Assembly: GCA_016709225.1 (NCBI GenBank)
Contig: JADJEE010000012.1
Location: 2,243,630-2,307,629, forward strand
Reading direction: 5' to 3'
Source of the DNA: Deltaproteobacteria bacterium
GTDB lineage: Bacteria > Myxococcota_A > Polyangia > Nannocystales > Nannocystaceae
Length of the DNA: 64,000 nucleotides
Position 1 is the stretch's first letter, and each line of letters opens with the position of its first letter. A program made the translations under genes and the position numbers. Below the pieces are notes generated by a model. It ran no database searches, had not been told where the DNA came from, and saw nothing but the letters and a program-made list of their open reading frames with translations. Below are positions 41,299-51,446 of the stretch, piece after piece.

Positions 41299-41393
41299 CG
41301 GGGCGTCGACCACCGCTCGCGTGGCGTCGATGTCGTCACCCGGCGGCGAAGACGTCGTGACGCAGGTGGGCGCTCTCGAATACGATCGTCGAC

Positions 41394-42566
41394 ATGCGAT
41401 CGTCGTCGATCACCCGCGGGTTGCTCGTACTTCTGCTCCTCGCGCCGTCGACCGCGTACGCAGTCGAGCCGTACTGCGTCGACAACCCCGCGGTCATCTA
41501 CTGCAACGACTTCGAAGAGAGCTTGGACGGCATCGAGGCGCTGCCGCGCGCCACGCTCGTTTCGGCGCAGAGCGGTCCGACCTTCGAAGGCGACGGTGCT
41601 CTGCTCGCCGACTTCACACCGCCGTACGGCGCCGACGCGGAGTTCTCGGTGCGCTTCGCCGGTGCCGATCGGGTGTACGCGCGCTTCTACATGCGCTTCG
41701 ACGATTCGTGGACCGAGCCGATGCACCACTTCTACGCGATCCACGGCGATCGCACCGACGACGAATGGTCGTGCCACGGCGACGCGGGCTGTCGCCCGAA
41801 CGGTGTGCAGTGCCTCAGCGGCACGACCGTCGACACACGCGTCGTCACCGACGGCGAGCTACCCGGGCAGCCGTTCTTCTACACGTACCACCCGGCGATG
41901 AACTGCGATCCGGGCGACAGCTGCGCGAACTATGCCGACCCGCAGGCGATCTGCGACGGCTGTGCCGATCGCGGGCTGCCGTGCGAGATGGGCCTCGAGT
42001 GTTGCTGGGGCGAGAACCTCGACATCTCCGATCCCTCGGTCTCGCTCGTCGCCGACACCTGGTACGCGATCGAGACGATGGTCGCCGCGAACACGCCGGG
42101 CGTCGCCGACGGCGAGATGACGCTGTGGATCGACGGGGTGGAGATCGGGCATCACGACGGCATTCTCTGGCGCGAGGATCCGACCCTGCAGCTCAACCAC
42201 TTCATCGTGTGGAACTACTACCCGGAGGCTGAGGTCGCGCATCGCATCTGGTTCGACGCGCTCGTGATCAGCACCGAGCCGATCGGTGTGCTCGGTGGGG
42301 GCGCGTCCGATACGAGCGGTAGTGGCGGCGGCACCAGCGATGGCATGACCACCGCGCCGGGCGAAGGGAGCGCGACCAGCTCGGCGACGACGTCACCGGA
42401 CGGAGGCAGCGCGAGCACGACGACCCCGGGCGCGGGTACGGCGGGCGAGTCGACGGGCGCTGGGGAGAACGACGATGGCGCGAGCGGCTGCGGGTGCCGC
42501 AGCGCCGGCACGCCGACCGCGTTCGCGTGGCTGCTCGTGCTCGGCGTGCTGCGACGCCGGAGGTGA
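41394..42566 (+). CDS. Secreted protein with a MYXO-CTERM sorting signal (possible lectin/lyase-like fold)
   Basis: Signal peptide (LLVLLLLAPSTAYA). Gly/Ser/Thr linker. C-terminal tail reads GCGCRSAGTPTAFAWLLVLGVLRRRR. Confidence 0.7.
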   Translation: MRSSSITRGLLVLLLLAPSTAYAVEPYCVDNPAVIYCNDFEESLDGIEALPRATLVSAQSGPTFEGDGALLADFTPPYGADAEFSVRFAGADRVYARFYMRFDDSWTEPMHHFYAIHGDRTDDEWSCHGDAGCRPNGVQCLSGTTVDTRVVTDGELPGQPFFYTYHPAMNCDPGDSCANYADPQAICDGCADRGLPCEMGLECCWGENLDISDPSVSLVADTWYAIETMVAANTPGVADGEMTLWIDGVEIGHHDGILWREDPTLQLNHFIVWNYYPEAEVAHRIWFDALVISTEPIGVLGGGASDTSGSGGGTSDGMTTAPGEGSATSSATTSPDGGSASTTTPGAGTAGESTGAGENDDGASGCGCRSAGTPTAFAWLLVLGVLRRRR

Positions 42567-42642
42567 TGTTGGGGGTGCGTCGTCGGGCCCGAGCCCGAAC
42601 GGCCGGGGCAGCGGCGAGTGCCGAAACCAACGGACGCGCCAC

Positions 42643-43734
42643 CTACTTCGCCGCGATGTAGACCATCCCCCGCTGCCCGACGACCAGCCCCGACGGCTCC
42701 GCGAGCGCCACCACCACCTCGAGGATCTTCGTGTCGTTGCGCTCCACGGGATCATCCGTCCGCAGGTTCTTGCGACCCATGCGTCGGCCGATCTCCACCA
42801 CCTCACCGCCGAGATCGCGGCCCGGCATCGCGGGCACCCGCAGGATCGCGCGCGCCCCCAGCTCGATCCTCGCGACGTCGCGCTCGTCGACATCGACGCG
42901 CACATGCAAGGTCCGCGTGTCACCCATCACCATCAACGGCTCGGCGCCGCCGGGCTGGTAGTACTCGCCCTCGCGAAACTTGCTCTGCAGGAGTTCACCT
43001 GAAAGCGGCGCGTCGACGAAACGACTCGCCAAGGTCGCGGCGGCCTGATCGCGCCGGGCCTGCGCGGCGACGAGGCGCGCGCGGGCGGCTTGGATGTCCT
43101 CGCGTCGCGAGCCGCGGATGCTCGCGTCGCGTCGCGCCTCGCTCTGTCGCGCGGCGGCGGTGTCGACGTCGGCCTGCTTGCGCGCGCGCTCGAGCTCGTC
43201 GACGGTGGTGCCGCCCTTGGCGATCACGGACTCGAGTCGCGTGAGCACGCCGGCGGAGAGCTCGGCGCGGGCGCGGGCGGCCTCGGCCTCGGCCTCGGCG
43301 GCGCGGATGTCCTCGCGACGATTGCCGCGGAGTGTCCGGTCGAGCTCGGCCTGGGCGGCGAGCACCTCGGCCTGCGCGCCGGCGAGCGCCGCCTGCTCGA
43401 CGCCGTGCTCGAGCTCGACCAATCGCGCGCCCGCCTCGACGAACTGGCCCTCCTTCGCGGCGATCGCCACGATGCGTCCACCGACGTCGCCGGCGACCTT
43501 CACCTCGCGACCGCTCGGCTCGACGACCCCGTTGCCGCCGACGAAGTTGCCCTCGGGCACGGCCATGCGCTCGTCGAGGCCGCCCTCGGGGATTGTCTCG
43601 CGCGCGGCGATCTCGACGTCGGCGGGGCGCGGATCGGTGGGCGACGGCGCGACGTAGGCGCGGGCCACGACGGCGACGAGGCCGATCGTGACCGCGGGGG
43701 CGACGACGGCGGTGAACCAGCGAAAGCGACTCAC
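42643..43734 (-). CDS. HlyD/MacA-family periplasmic adaptor (membrane fusion protein)
   Basis: N-terminal TM. Coiled-coil with RREDI... repeats. Beta-barrel/lipoyl regions. Confidence 0.85.
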   Translation of the reverse strand: MSRFRWFTAVVAPAVTIGLVAVVARAYVAPSPTDPRPADVEIAARETIPEGGLDERMAVPEGNFVGGNGVVEPSGREVKVAGDVGGRIVAIAAKEGQFVEAGARLVELEHGVEQAALAGAQAEVLAAQAELDRTLRGNRREDIRAAEAEAEAARARAELSAGVLTRLESVIAKGGTTVDELERARKQADVDTAAARQSEARRDASIRGSRREDIQAARARLVAAQARRDQAAATLASRFVDAPLSGELLQSKFREGEYYQPGGAEPLMVMGDTRTLHVRVDVDERDVARIELGARAILRVPAMPGRDLGGEVVEIGRRMGRKNLRTDDPVERNDTKILEVVVALAEPSGLVVGQRGMVYIAAK

Positions 43735-44432
43735 GGGGCTGCTCCTGTCTGTTCCTGCACGATGTGGCCGTCCTCGATGTGCACGATGCGATCGGCGAGG
43801 TGGAAGATGCGGTTGTCGTGGGTGACGACCACGACCGTGTCGCCACGCTCGCGGCTGACCTCGCGCAACAGCTCGGTGGCCTGCAGGCCGCTTGCGGCGT
43901 CGAGGGCTGCGGTCGGCTCGTCGGCGAGCACCAGCGGCGGATCTCCGGCGAGCGCGCGGGCGATCGCGACGCGCTGGCGCTGCCCGCCCGACAGCTCTGC
44001 GGGCCGCGCATGCAGCTTGGTGCCGAGCGACACCCGCTCGAGCAGTCGCTTGGCCTCGGCGTTCGCGTCGCCCACCGACCAGCCCTTCATCTTCAGGACC
44101 AAGGCGACGTTGTCGCGCGCGGTGAGGGCCGGCAGCAGGTTGTGGCCCTGGAAGATGAAGCCGATCGTGGCCATGCGCACCGCGGGCAGCTTGCGCTCGG
44201 GCAAGCCACTGACGCGCGCGCCGAAGAGCGACAGCTCGCCTTGCGTGCTGCTGAGCACGCAGCCGAGGATCGATAGCAGCGTGGTCTTGCCGCTGCCCGA
44301 GGGCCCCGCGAGCATCACGAACTCGCCGCGGCGCACCTGCAGATCGACGCCAGCCAGCGCCTGGAATGCCAGCGCGCCGGAGCCGAAGGTCTTGGCGATG
44401 CCGCGGGCATCGATCGCGAGCTCGGCGCTCAT
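43731..44432 (-). CDS. ABC transporter ATP-binding protein (MacB/LolD-type)
   Basis: Walker A (GPSGSGKTT), LSGGQRQRVAIARAL signature, Walker B (LVLADEPT). ATGA overlap with the adaptor gene. Confidence 0.9.
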   Translation of the reverse strand: MSAELAIDARGIAKTFGSGALAFQALAGVDLQVRRGEFVMLAGPSGSGKTTLLSILGCVLSSTQGELSLFGARVSGLPERKLPAVRMATIGFIFQGHNLLPALTARDNVALVLKMKGWSVGDANAEAKRLLERVSLGTKLHARPAELSGGQRQRVAIARALAGDPPLVLADEPTAALDAASGLQATELLREVSRERGDTVVVVTHDNRIFHLADRIVHIEDGHIVQEQTGAAP

Positions 44433-45610
44433 CGGAACACCATCCCCGGCTCGAGGCCGCGTACGCGCAGCAGCGCCAGCCCCGAGGCGAGCATGCACAG
44501 CACGATCATCGCGGCGGGGGCCAGCAGGTACAGCTCGGGCACGATGATCGGCACCAGCTGCGGGCTACGGATGCCCTCGGACATGCCGGTGACCAGCGCC
44601 ATGCCGAGCAGCGATCCGAACACGGCGTAGCCGATCGACTGCGCGAGCAACAGCTTGGTCAGATCGAAGTTCGTGCAGCCGATCGCCTTGAGCGTCCCGA
44701 ACTCGCGGATGTGGTCGAGCACCGACGAGAACATCGACAGCGCCACGATCGCGAAGCCGACCAGCAAGCCGAACGCGGTCGAGGTGCCGAACGACACGCC
44801 CAGCTGATCGGCGATCAGGCGCCCGACGATCGAGTCGTGGAACTGCGCGCCCGTCATGACCTTGGTCTCGGGCAGCGCGGCGGCGAGTCGGGCGGCGACC
44901 TCCTCGGGATCAACGCCCGCATCGACGCGCACGAGCACGAACGTGTGCTGGTCCGCGGGCGCGCGCACGAGCTCGCGCACCAGCTCGATGTCGCCGAAGG
45001 CGTACGGCGGCCCGAACGGCAGCAATCCCCACGTGAAGCCACCGACGGTCACCAGCCGGCCGTTGAGCTCGCGGCGGCTGCCGAGGTTGAGCGCGCCGAG
45101 CTTGTCGCGCTCGGCGTCCTCGAAGATCACGGTGTCGGGCCGCGCGAGGACGTCGGGATCGCCGGCGACCATCGCCCACGGTCCGCCCAGCCGCAGCGGC
45201 GCCGCGGTGCCGATGAGCGTGACCGGCTCGGAGGCGCCCAGCGGCGTCTTGATGACGGCGCCGGCGTAGACCAACGGCTCCGCGATCGCGACGCCCGGGG
45301 TCGTGCGCGCGCGCATGAGCACCGCGTCCGACAGCGGCGCGCCGGGCTGCAGCTGCTCGGTACCCGCCGGGGTGATCCACACGTCGGCGCCGGCGTGGTC
45401 GACGAACATCGTGTTCTTGTCGAGCAGGCCGAACAGGATGCTGAGCTGCTGCAGCGACAGCACCACCGCGAACACGACGCCGACGAGCGTGCCGGCGAGC
45501 TTGGGCTTGTCGTAGATCATCATCTCGACGCCGAGCGCGGCCATGGCCCGCGCGCGGTAGCCGAACCACGCGCGACGAGGTCGTCGTGGCGATGTGGGGT
45601 TCGGCGTCAT
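44429..45610 (-). CDS. ABC transporter permease, FtsX/MacB-like (4 TM with a large periplasmic loop)
   Basis: ATG 45610 with GGTGGAGG RBS. Typical FtsX C-terminal TM bundle. ATGA overlap with the ATPase gene. Confidence 0.85.
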   Translation of the reverse strand: MTPNPTSPRRPRRAWFGYRARAMAALGVEMMIYDKPKLAGTLVGVVFAVVLSLQQLSILFGLLDKNTMFVDHAGADVWITPAGTEQLQPGAPLSDAVLMRARTTPGVAIAEPLVYAGAVIKTPLGASEPVTLIGTAAPLRLGGPWAMVAGDPDVLARPDTVIFEDAERDKLGALNLGSRRELNGRLVTVGGFTWGLLPFGPPYAFGDIELVRELVRAPADQHTFVLVRVDAGVDPEEVAARLAAALPETKVMTGAQFHDSIVGRLIADQLGVSFGTSTAFGLLVGFAIVALSMFSSVLDHIREFGTLKAIGCTNFDLTKLLLAQSIGYAVFGSLLGMALVTGMSEGIRSPQLVPIIVPELYLLAPAAMIVLCMLASGLALLRVRGLEPGMVFR

Positions 45611-46896
45611 CGCAGATCCTCCACCCCGCGGCCCGCGGCGAGCCGCAGCTGCGCGCGCGCGTACGACAACTCGCTGGTCGCCTGGATGCGGCTCGCCTCG
45701 GCGACGAAGCCATCGCGCAACGCCTGCACCACCTCGAGCTGCGTCGCGGTGCCGCCCTCGTAGCGGGCCTGCGCCACCGCGATCGCGGCCTGGCTCGCCT
45801 CGGCCTCGGACGCCGCGGCGACGGCCCGCACGCGCAGCGACTCGACGCGATCGTGGGCGTCCTCGATCTCGAGTCGCTTGCTGCGCTTCGCGAGATCGAA
45901 GCGGGCCTCGCTCGCCGCCACGTTCGCCCGCTCGGCGCGGGCGCGGTGGATCGCCTGCACGTCGAAGCGCGCGGTCAGGGTCACGCCGACCGCCCACTGC
46001 GCGGGCTGGCCGAAGCCGGCGGCGTTGGTCAGCCGCTCGGTGGCGCGGGCCGACAAGAGCGGCAGGAACACCGAGCGTCGCGCGCGGAGGTTGGCCTCGG
46101 CCGCCCGGATCTTCGTCCGCGCCGACGCGACCTCGTCGGTGCCCTCGAGGCCGTCGAGCCACGTCGGCAGCGCGGCCTCGGCCCGGAGATCCGCGGGCGG
46201 CGCGGGGATCGGATCGGCCACGGCGATTCCGGTGATCGCCTCGAGTTCACGCGCGGCGCTCCGCTTGCGAAGCGACGCCTCGGCGATCGCCTGCTCGGCC
46301 GCCGCGACCTGGGCGGTCGCGCGGCGCACGTCGAGATCGGACGCCAGCCCGCCCGACTCGCGGGCGCGCACCACCTCGAGGTTCGCCCGCGCCGCCTCGA
46401 GGCCACCCTCGGCCGATCGCGAGAGCGCCTCGTAGGCGAGGAGGTTGGTGTAGGCCGCGACGATCCGGTCGTCGAGATCGACGAGCGCGACGGTGCGATC
46501 GCGAACCGCAGCCTGCTCGCTGGCGCGGGCCGACTGGGTCCGACGGATCGCCGCGAGATCGAGCAGCGGCACCGTCAGCGTCACCGAGGCGTCGAGCTGG
46601 TTGCGCGGGGTGAACGTCGCCTCGTCGAAGCCACCGGCCGCGTTGGGGATCCGCGCGACGATGTCGAACTGATTGCGCGTGTAGCCGGCCGAGGCCTCGA
46701 GCGCGGGGAACAGCCGCGCCCGCTCGGCGCGGGTCTCGGCCTTGCGCGCCGTGACGGTGGCCGCGGTCTCGCGCGCCTCGGCGGCATGGCTGCGCCCAGC
46801 CTCGAGGTAGCGCGCCAGCGGCTCGAGCGCGGCGGCGGCGGTGGGGGTGCACGCGAGTGCGCACGCGATCGCGATCGACGGAATCCTACGGCCCAT
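45607..46896 (-). CDS. TolC-family outer-membrane efflux protein
   Basis: Signal with lipobox-like LACT. Two structural repeats of OEP-type coiled-coil/beta segments. ATGA overlap with the permease gene. Confidence 0.8.
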   Translation of the reverse strand: MGRRIPSIAIACALACTPTAAAALEPLARYLEAGRSHAAEARETAATVTARKAETRAERARLFPALEASAGYTRNQFDIVARIPNAAGGFDEATFTPRNQLDASVTLTVPLLDLAAIRRTQSARASEQAAVRDRTVALVDLDDRIVAAYTNLLAYEALSRSAEGGLEAARANLEVVRARESGGLASDLDVRRATAQVAAAEQAIAEASLRKRSAARELEAITGIAVADPIPAPPADLRAEAALPTWLDGLEGTDEVASARTKIRAAEANLRARRSVFLPLLSARATERLTNAAGFGQPAQWAVGVTLTARFDVQAIHRARAERANVAASEARFDLAKRSKRLEIEDAHDRVESLRVRAVAAASEAEASQAAIAVAQARYEGGTATQLEVVQALRDGFVAEASRIQATSELSYARAQLRLAAGRGVEDLR

Positions 46897-46988
46897 GCTC
46901 GTGCCAGCGGTCTACGGCACGCCTCCGGGATCGTCGAGGTGCGCCGAGGTCACGATTGTGGCCCGCGCGACCGCAGCGAGCATGACCT

Positions 46989-48218
46989 TTGGCCGGTGTG
47001 GCGGCGCTGCGGGAGGCCGCTAGACTCGTCGCCGACGTGGCGACGAGCGCGATCGAGGACGGCGACGTCGAGGCCAAGTTGCGGGTGCAGATCCGCTTCT
47101 GGGCGAAGGTCGCGAGCACGGTCGTGCTGGCGTCGAACGTGACGCTCGCGCTGTGGCCCGGCGAGCCCTTTCGCTGGACGATCGTGGGCCTCGATTGCGT
47201 CTGGGCCATCGCGCTCGTGCTCGGCGCATCGCGGCCCCGCTGGTTGGCGGTGTCGGTCATCGCCGCGGTGATCGAGCTGTCGTTCTATGGCTGGGCCGCG
47301 GCCGGAGCGTTCATCGTGCTGGTCGCCGCGCTCGCGATGCGACTGCCGGCCGCCCGCGCGGGGGCGTCGACGTTGGGCATGTGGGGCGCCGCGGCGCTCG
47401 GGATCCTGTGGCTGGGCGACGGCCATCCACCGGAGTACGTCATGCAGCCGCGGGAGCTCATGTTCGCGGCCTGCAACATGTTCGTGCTCGGTGCCTTGAT
47501 GCGCAGCTCGCTGCTGTCGCGGTTCCGTGCGGAGTCGCTGGCGTCGCAGCTCCACGCCGCGCACGACATGCTGCGCCGCGACCTCGCGACCACCGAGGCG
47601 CTCGCCGCCGCGCAGGAGCGCACGCGGATCGCCCACGAGCTCCACGACAGCCTCGGGCACTCGCTGGCCACGGCGCACGTGCACACCCAGCTCGCGCGTC
47701 GGCTCGCGCAGCAGTCGTGCGAGCCCGCCGACCCCGCTCACCCGGCCCTGCTGCAGGCGATCGATCAGGTCGGCGAGTCGACCCGGCGGGCGATGCACGA
47801 GCTGCGCGATGCGGTCTCACTGCTACGCCATCGCTCGGACGTCGCGACGCTGGGCACGCGGATCCGGGCGCTGCTGGCCCGCCTGCCGGAGGCCGTGCTC
47901 GCCCACGAGGTCGCCATCGTGGGCGACGAGCGAGCGCTGGCCCCGGCGACCGAGTTCGCGATCTATCGCGCGCTGCAGGAGGCGATGACCAACGTCGTCA
48001 AGCACGCGCGCGCCCGCGCGGTGTCGGTGCGGCTCGAGTACACGGCGTCGTGGGTGCGACTCGAGGTCGTCGACGACGGTGCCGGCACCGACGAGCTGCG
48101 CCCCGGCTTCGGCCTGCGCGGCATCGCCGAGCGCCTGAAGTCGGTCGGGGGTCGTCTCGACGTGTCGTCGGCGGCGGGCAAGGGGTTGCGTCTGCGGGTC
48201 GAGGTCGACGCGGCATGA
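46989..48218 (+). CDS. Two-component sensor histidine kinase (HisKA_3 / NarL-DesK type), membrane-bound
   Basis: About 5 N-terminal TM helices. H-box (RIAHELHDSLGH). HATPase region (LQEAMTNVVKHA...DDGAG...GFGLRGIAERL). Confidence 0.85.
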   Translation: MAGVAALREAARLVADVATSAIEDGDVEAKLRVQIRFWAKVASTVVLASNVTLALWPGEPFRWTIVGLDCVWAIALVLGASRPRWLAVSVIAAVIELSFYGWAAAGAFIVLVAALAMRLPAARAGASTLGMWGAAALGILWLGDGHPPEYVMQPRELMFAACNMFVLGALMRSSLLSRFRAESLASQLHAAHDMLRRDLATTEALAAAQERTRIAHELHDSLGHSLATAHVHTQLARRLAQQSCEPADPAHPALLQAIDQVGESTRRAMHELRDAVSLLRHRSDVATLGTRIRALLARLPEAVLAHEVAIVGDERALAPATEFAIYRALQEAMTNVVKHARARAVSVRLEYTASWVRLEVVDDGAGTDELRPGFGLRGIAERLKSVGGRLDVSSAAGKGLRLRVEVDAA

Positions 48219-48862
48219 TCCCGCGCGTGCTCGTGGTCGACGATCAGGCGCTCTTCCGCCAGGGGCTGTGCAGCTTGCTGGCGGGCGACGGCACGCTTCA
48301 GATCGTCGGCCAGGCTGGCAACGGCCTCGAGTGCCTGCGACAGGTCGCGCTGCTGCAGCCCGACGTGGTCCTGCTCGATCTGCGCATGCCCGAGCTCGAC
48401 GGCGTGCAGACGATCCGGCGGCTCCGCGAGGCGGGCAGCGATGTGCGCATCGTCGTGCTCACCACCTTCGACGACGACCAGCTGGTGTTCGAAGCGCTGC
48501 GCGAGGGTGCGCTCGCGTTCCTGCTCAAGGACGCGGATGCCGAGGAGATCGCCGATGCGATCCGTGAGGCCGCCGAGGGTCGCGGGCGTCTGGCATCCGC
48601 GGTGACGCACAAGGTCGTCACCGAGTTCGCCCGCATGGCGCGGCGGCTCGGGGACACGCCGACCGACACCGCCGGGTTGTCGCGCCGCGAGATCGAGGTA
48701 CTGAAGCTGCTCGCCCGCGGCGCGACCAACAAGGAGATCGCGAGCACGCTGCACATCGCCGAGGGCACCGTGAAGAACCACCTCACCAACATCTTCACCA
48801 AGCTCGACGTGAACGATCGGACCCGCGCTGCGCTCCGGGCCCGCGAGCTCGGGTTGCTGTGA
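48215..48862 (+). CDS. NarL/LuxR-family response regulator
   Basis: REC domain (VLVVDDQ...D...K) plus C-terminal LuxR HTH (REIEVLKLLARGATNKEIASTLHIAEGTVKNHL). ATGA overlap with the kinase stop. Confidence 0.9.
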   Translation: MIPRVLVVDDQALFRQGLCSLLAGDGTLQIVGQAGNGLECLRQVALLQPDVVLLDLRMPELDGVQTIRRLREAGSDVRIVVLTTFDDDQLVFEALREGALAFLLKDADAEEIADAIREAAEGRGRLASAVTHKVVTEFARMARRLGDTPTDTAGLSRREIEVLKLLARGATNKEIASTLHIAEGTVKNHLTNIFTKLDVNDRTRAALRARELGLL

Positions 48863-48910
48863 GGGTCGGCGGTCGGCGCAGCCCGACCACAATCGGTGTA
48901 CGCTGGACGC

Positions 48911-49615
48911 ATGACGCAGGCCGTCGGCCCGATCCTCCGTGCGGTCCTGGGCGTTGCTTCGAGCCTGTCGCTCGCCTGCGATCCGGCGACCCCCACGGTC
49001 CCACCGACGTCTTCGTCGGCGACGAACATCGCCCCGCAGGCTGCGGGCGTGCAGGCGACATCGGCATCGCCGTGTGCGGGCAAGCGAGCGTCGCCGCTAC
49101 TGCTCCAAGTCGATGCGACCCAGCAGTCGTCGATCGCGCAGGCGATGTCGCGAGACCTCGCCGTGGTGGCGTTCGACTGCACATCGATCACGGTCCTCGA
49201 GTCGTGCCGTCTCGAGGGGCGCTATCGATTCGTGGCGGGCCGCCGCGACGAGATCCAACGCCGCGTGTCGTCGGCCGAGGATGCGGCCGCGTCGCTGTGG
49301 GGGGCGGCCACGCCACCGCTCACCCTCGAGCCCGGCGAGACGCTCGAGCTGCGCGCCATCGCCATCGGTCAGCAACGGGCCGATGTCGCCGGCGCGAGCG
49401 CGAAGCTTCTCGCGGGAGACTGCGCCAAGGCGACGCACTTCATCCGGAGCGCGCGCATCGGTGCCTACGAACTGACGGGCAGGGTGGGCACGACCAAGCA
49501 CGAGTCCAAGTCGGGCGATCTGACCACCTGCCCCGGCGACGGCGTGCGCACGCGGCTCCCGCCACCGCAGTGCAGCGGGCCGCTGCAACTCGAGCTGGTT
49601 CCAATCGGTCCATGA
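48911..49615 (+). CDS. Secreted lipoprotein, hypothetical
   Basis: Signal with lipobox (SSLSLAC). 234 aa. No family recognised. Confidence 0.45.
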   Translation: MTQAVGPILRAVLGVASSLSLACDPATPTVPPTSSSATNIAPQAAGVQATSASPCAGKRASPLLLQVDATQQSSIAQAMSRDLAVVAFDCTSITVLESCRLEGRYRFVAGRRDEIQRRVSSAEDAAASLWGAATPPLTLEPGETLELRAIAIGQQRADVAGASAKLLAGDCAKATHFIRSARIGAYELTGRVGTTKHESKSGDLTTCPGDGVRTRLPPPQCSGPLQLELVPIGP

Positions 49616-49708
49616 CGGCCTCCGGACCGGTCGGGGGACACCGGGCCACGACCGGTTCCCGCGCGAGCCCTAGAGAGACGAACCGCAGATGTTGGACGTG
49701 GCGCGGGC

Positions 49709-50275
49709 GTGACGGGCTCTACGGGCGGGTGTCGCCCTCGTCGCGAGCGGGAGGGCGCGTCTCGTTCTACGATTGCGTCGGCCTTGTTCTGCGCCCGCTC
49801 GACGTCGTGTCTGTTCGCGCTCTGCCTTCTGCTCGGCCTGCCCTGCGGCTGCGCAGGACGAACGATCCGCGGTCAGCCGGATGCATGGTATGCACCGCCT
49901 GCGTCGTGGGACTGGCCGCGAGACCGCGTGCCCGACGAACAGTTCCGCGTCGTCACGTCCGCAGGACGGGCCGCGGCCGAGGCCTCGCTCTCGACCCGCG
50001 CTTGGGTGCCGCTCGATGAGGTGCCCGGTCTCGCGATCGAGACCGAGGGTCTCGTCGTTCCTGCGGGAGGCCGCGTCTACCTGGTGCGCGGCGTGATGCT
50101 CGAAGGCACCGACGGCACCGGCCGATTCTCCATCGAGCAGGCCGACGACGGCACTACGGCCGTGAACTGGGGCTGCCTCGGCGCCGGCGCGGCGCGGCAG
50201 GTGCGACGACCACTGATCGTCGCGCTGCCTCGAGCGCCACGAGACCTGGTCGTCGCCGTCTCGATGGCGCGCTGA
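49709..50275 (+). CDS. Hypothetical small protein (possible lipoprotein; start uncertain)
   Basis: Protein-like frame containing LFALCLLLGLPCGC. An internal TTG start is likely. Confidence 0.3.
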   Translation: MTGSTGGCRPRREREGASRSTIASALFCARSTSCLFALCLLLGLPCGCAGRTIRGQPDAWYAPPASWDWPRDRVPDEQFRVVTSAGRAAAEASLSTRAWVPLDEVPGLAIETEGLVVPAGGRVYLVRGVMLEGTDGTGRFSIEQADDGTTAVNWGCLGAGAARQVRRPLIVALPRAPRDLVVAVSMAR

Positions 50276-50311
50276 CGCCCGAGTCCCTCGTCGTGCACGG
50301 CACCGCCTCGA

Positions 50312-51223
50312 TCAGCGCGGCTCGAGGATGTCGCGGTGCTCGGCGCTCATGCTGCCGAAGTGCACGTTGCCCCTGATCTCGGCCACGCTGGGGAACACCT
50401 CGGTCTGCATGCAGTGCACCGCCTTGCCCCACCGGCTCCACCCATTGCCGGGCGGCTCGTCGACGATCGGCGTGAGCCCGTGGTGACGCACGAACTGGGT
50501 CAGCATCTCGCCCCAGACCTGCTTCACGACGGCAGGGATGCTGCCCATTGCGATCTCGGAGCCGGCGACCACCTGGCTGGAGAAGCGCTCGATGGCGACG
50601 GTCTCGAACACACAGCGATCGTCGCGGTAGCCGAACGAGCTGCCCACGTCGAAGCGAAACGCGCGACGACCGGCGAGGAAATGACACTGGTTGTAGTAGA
50701 CCGCGATGTCGGCCAGCTTGCGAGCGATGACCGCGACCAGCAGGCCACCGCCGGGCACCAGCGCCGCGAGGATGCTCGCGAGCGCACCAGCGGCCTGGCG
50801 GATCTGCTTGTCGTTGTCGTCTTCGAACTCGCGCTTGAGCGTCTGCACGGTGAAGCCGGTGCCATGCTTGGTCACGAGCCCGACGCAGTCGGTGTGCAGG
50901 TCGGGCATCATCCAGTCGCGCACGCGTTCGGGCACTGGCACCGGGATCGGAATGCCAGCGACCGGGATCGTCACATAGACGTTGAACGGCCTGATGCGCG
51001 CGACGCCGCGGAATCGCAGCGTACCGCTGCCGTTCCAGGTTCGATCGCTCCACTGCACCGAGGCGGTGTTGGCCGCCATGTAGCGCGGCATGTTGGCCAT
51101 CAGGGAACCGCCGATGGCTGCGATTTGGCTCCGGTCACGCGGCGGCCTCACGCAGATGCGGAACCGGTTCATGTGTACATTGCCGTAGCCGTTGTGGATG
51201 GAGATGGATGTGAAGTCGCTCAT
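50312..51223 (-). CDS. Hypothetical cytoplasmic protein, orphan, locally lower GC (~63%)
   Basis: Clean 303-aa ATG ORF. No signal peptide. No motif recognised. Confidence 0.55.
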   Translation of the reverse strand: MSDFTSISIHNGYGNVHMNRFRICVRPPRDRSQIAAIGGSLMANMPRYMAANTASVQWSDRTWNGSGTLRFRGVARIRPFNVYVTIPVAGIPIPVPVPERVRDWMMPDLHTDCVGLVTKHGTGFTVQTLKREFEDDNDKQIRQAAGALASILAALVPGGGLLVAVIARKLADIAVYYNQCHFLAGRRAFRFDVGSSFGYRDDRCVFETVAIERFSSQVVAGSEIAMGSIPAVVKQVWGEMLTQFVRHHGLTPIVDEPPGNGWSRWGKAVHCMQTEVFPSVAEIRGNVHFGSMSAEHRDILEPR

Positions 51224-51446
51224 GGTCGTCGGGGAGGGGGACCCGATCCCAGCGACTGCGAATCGCCGGACTCGAGAGAGCTACGCCCGAGCGCGCGCCG
51301 TGCTTCACGTGATCGGGTCGGCGCCGGCGGCGACACGATCACGTGAACCGAGCGGGGGTCGTGGGCATCACTGGAAAGCTGTCATGGCAGGCCAGGACTC
51401 GCGGTGAGCCGTCTCGGCGGCCTCGCGCGACTTCCCCTGCGACACG

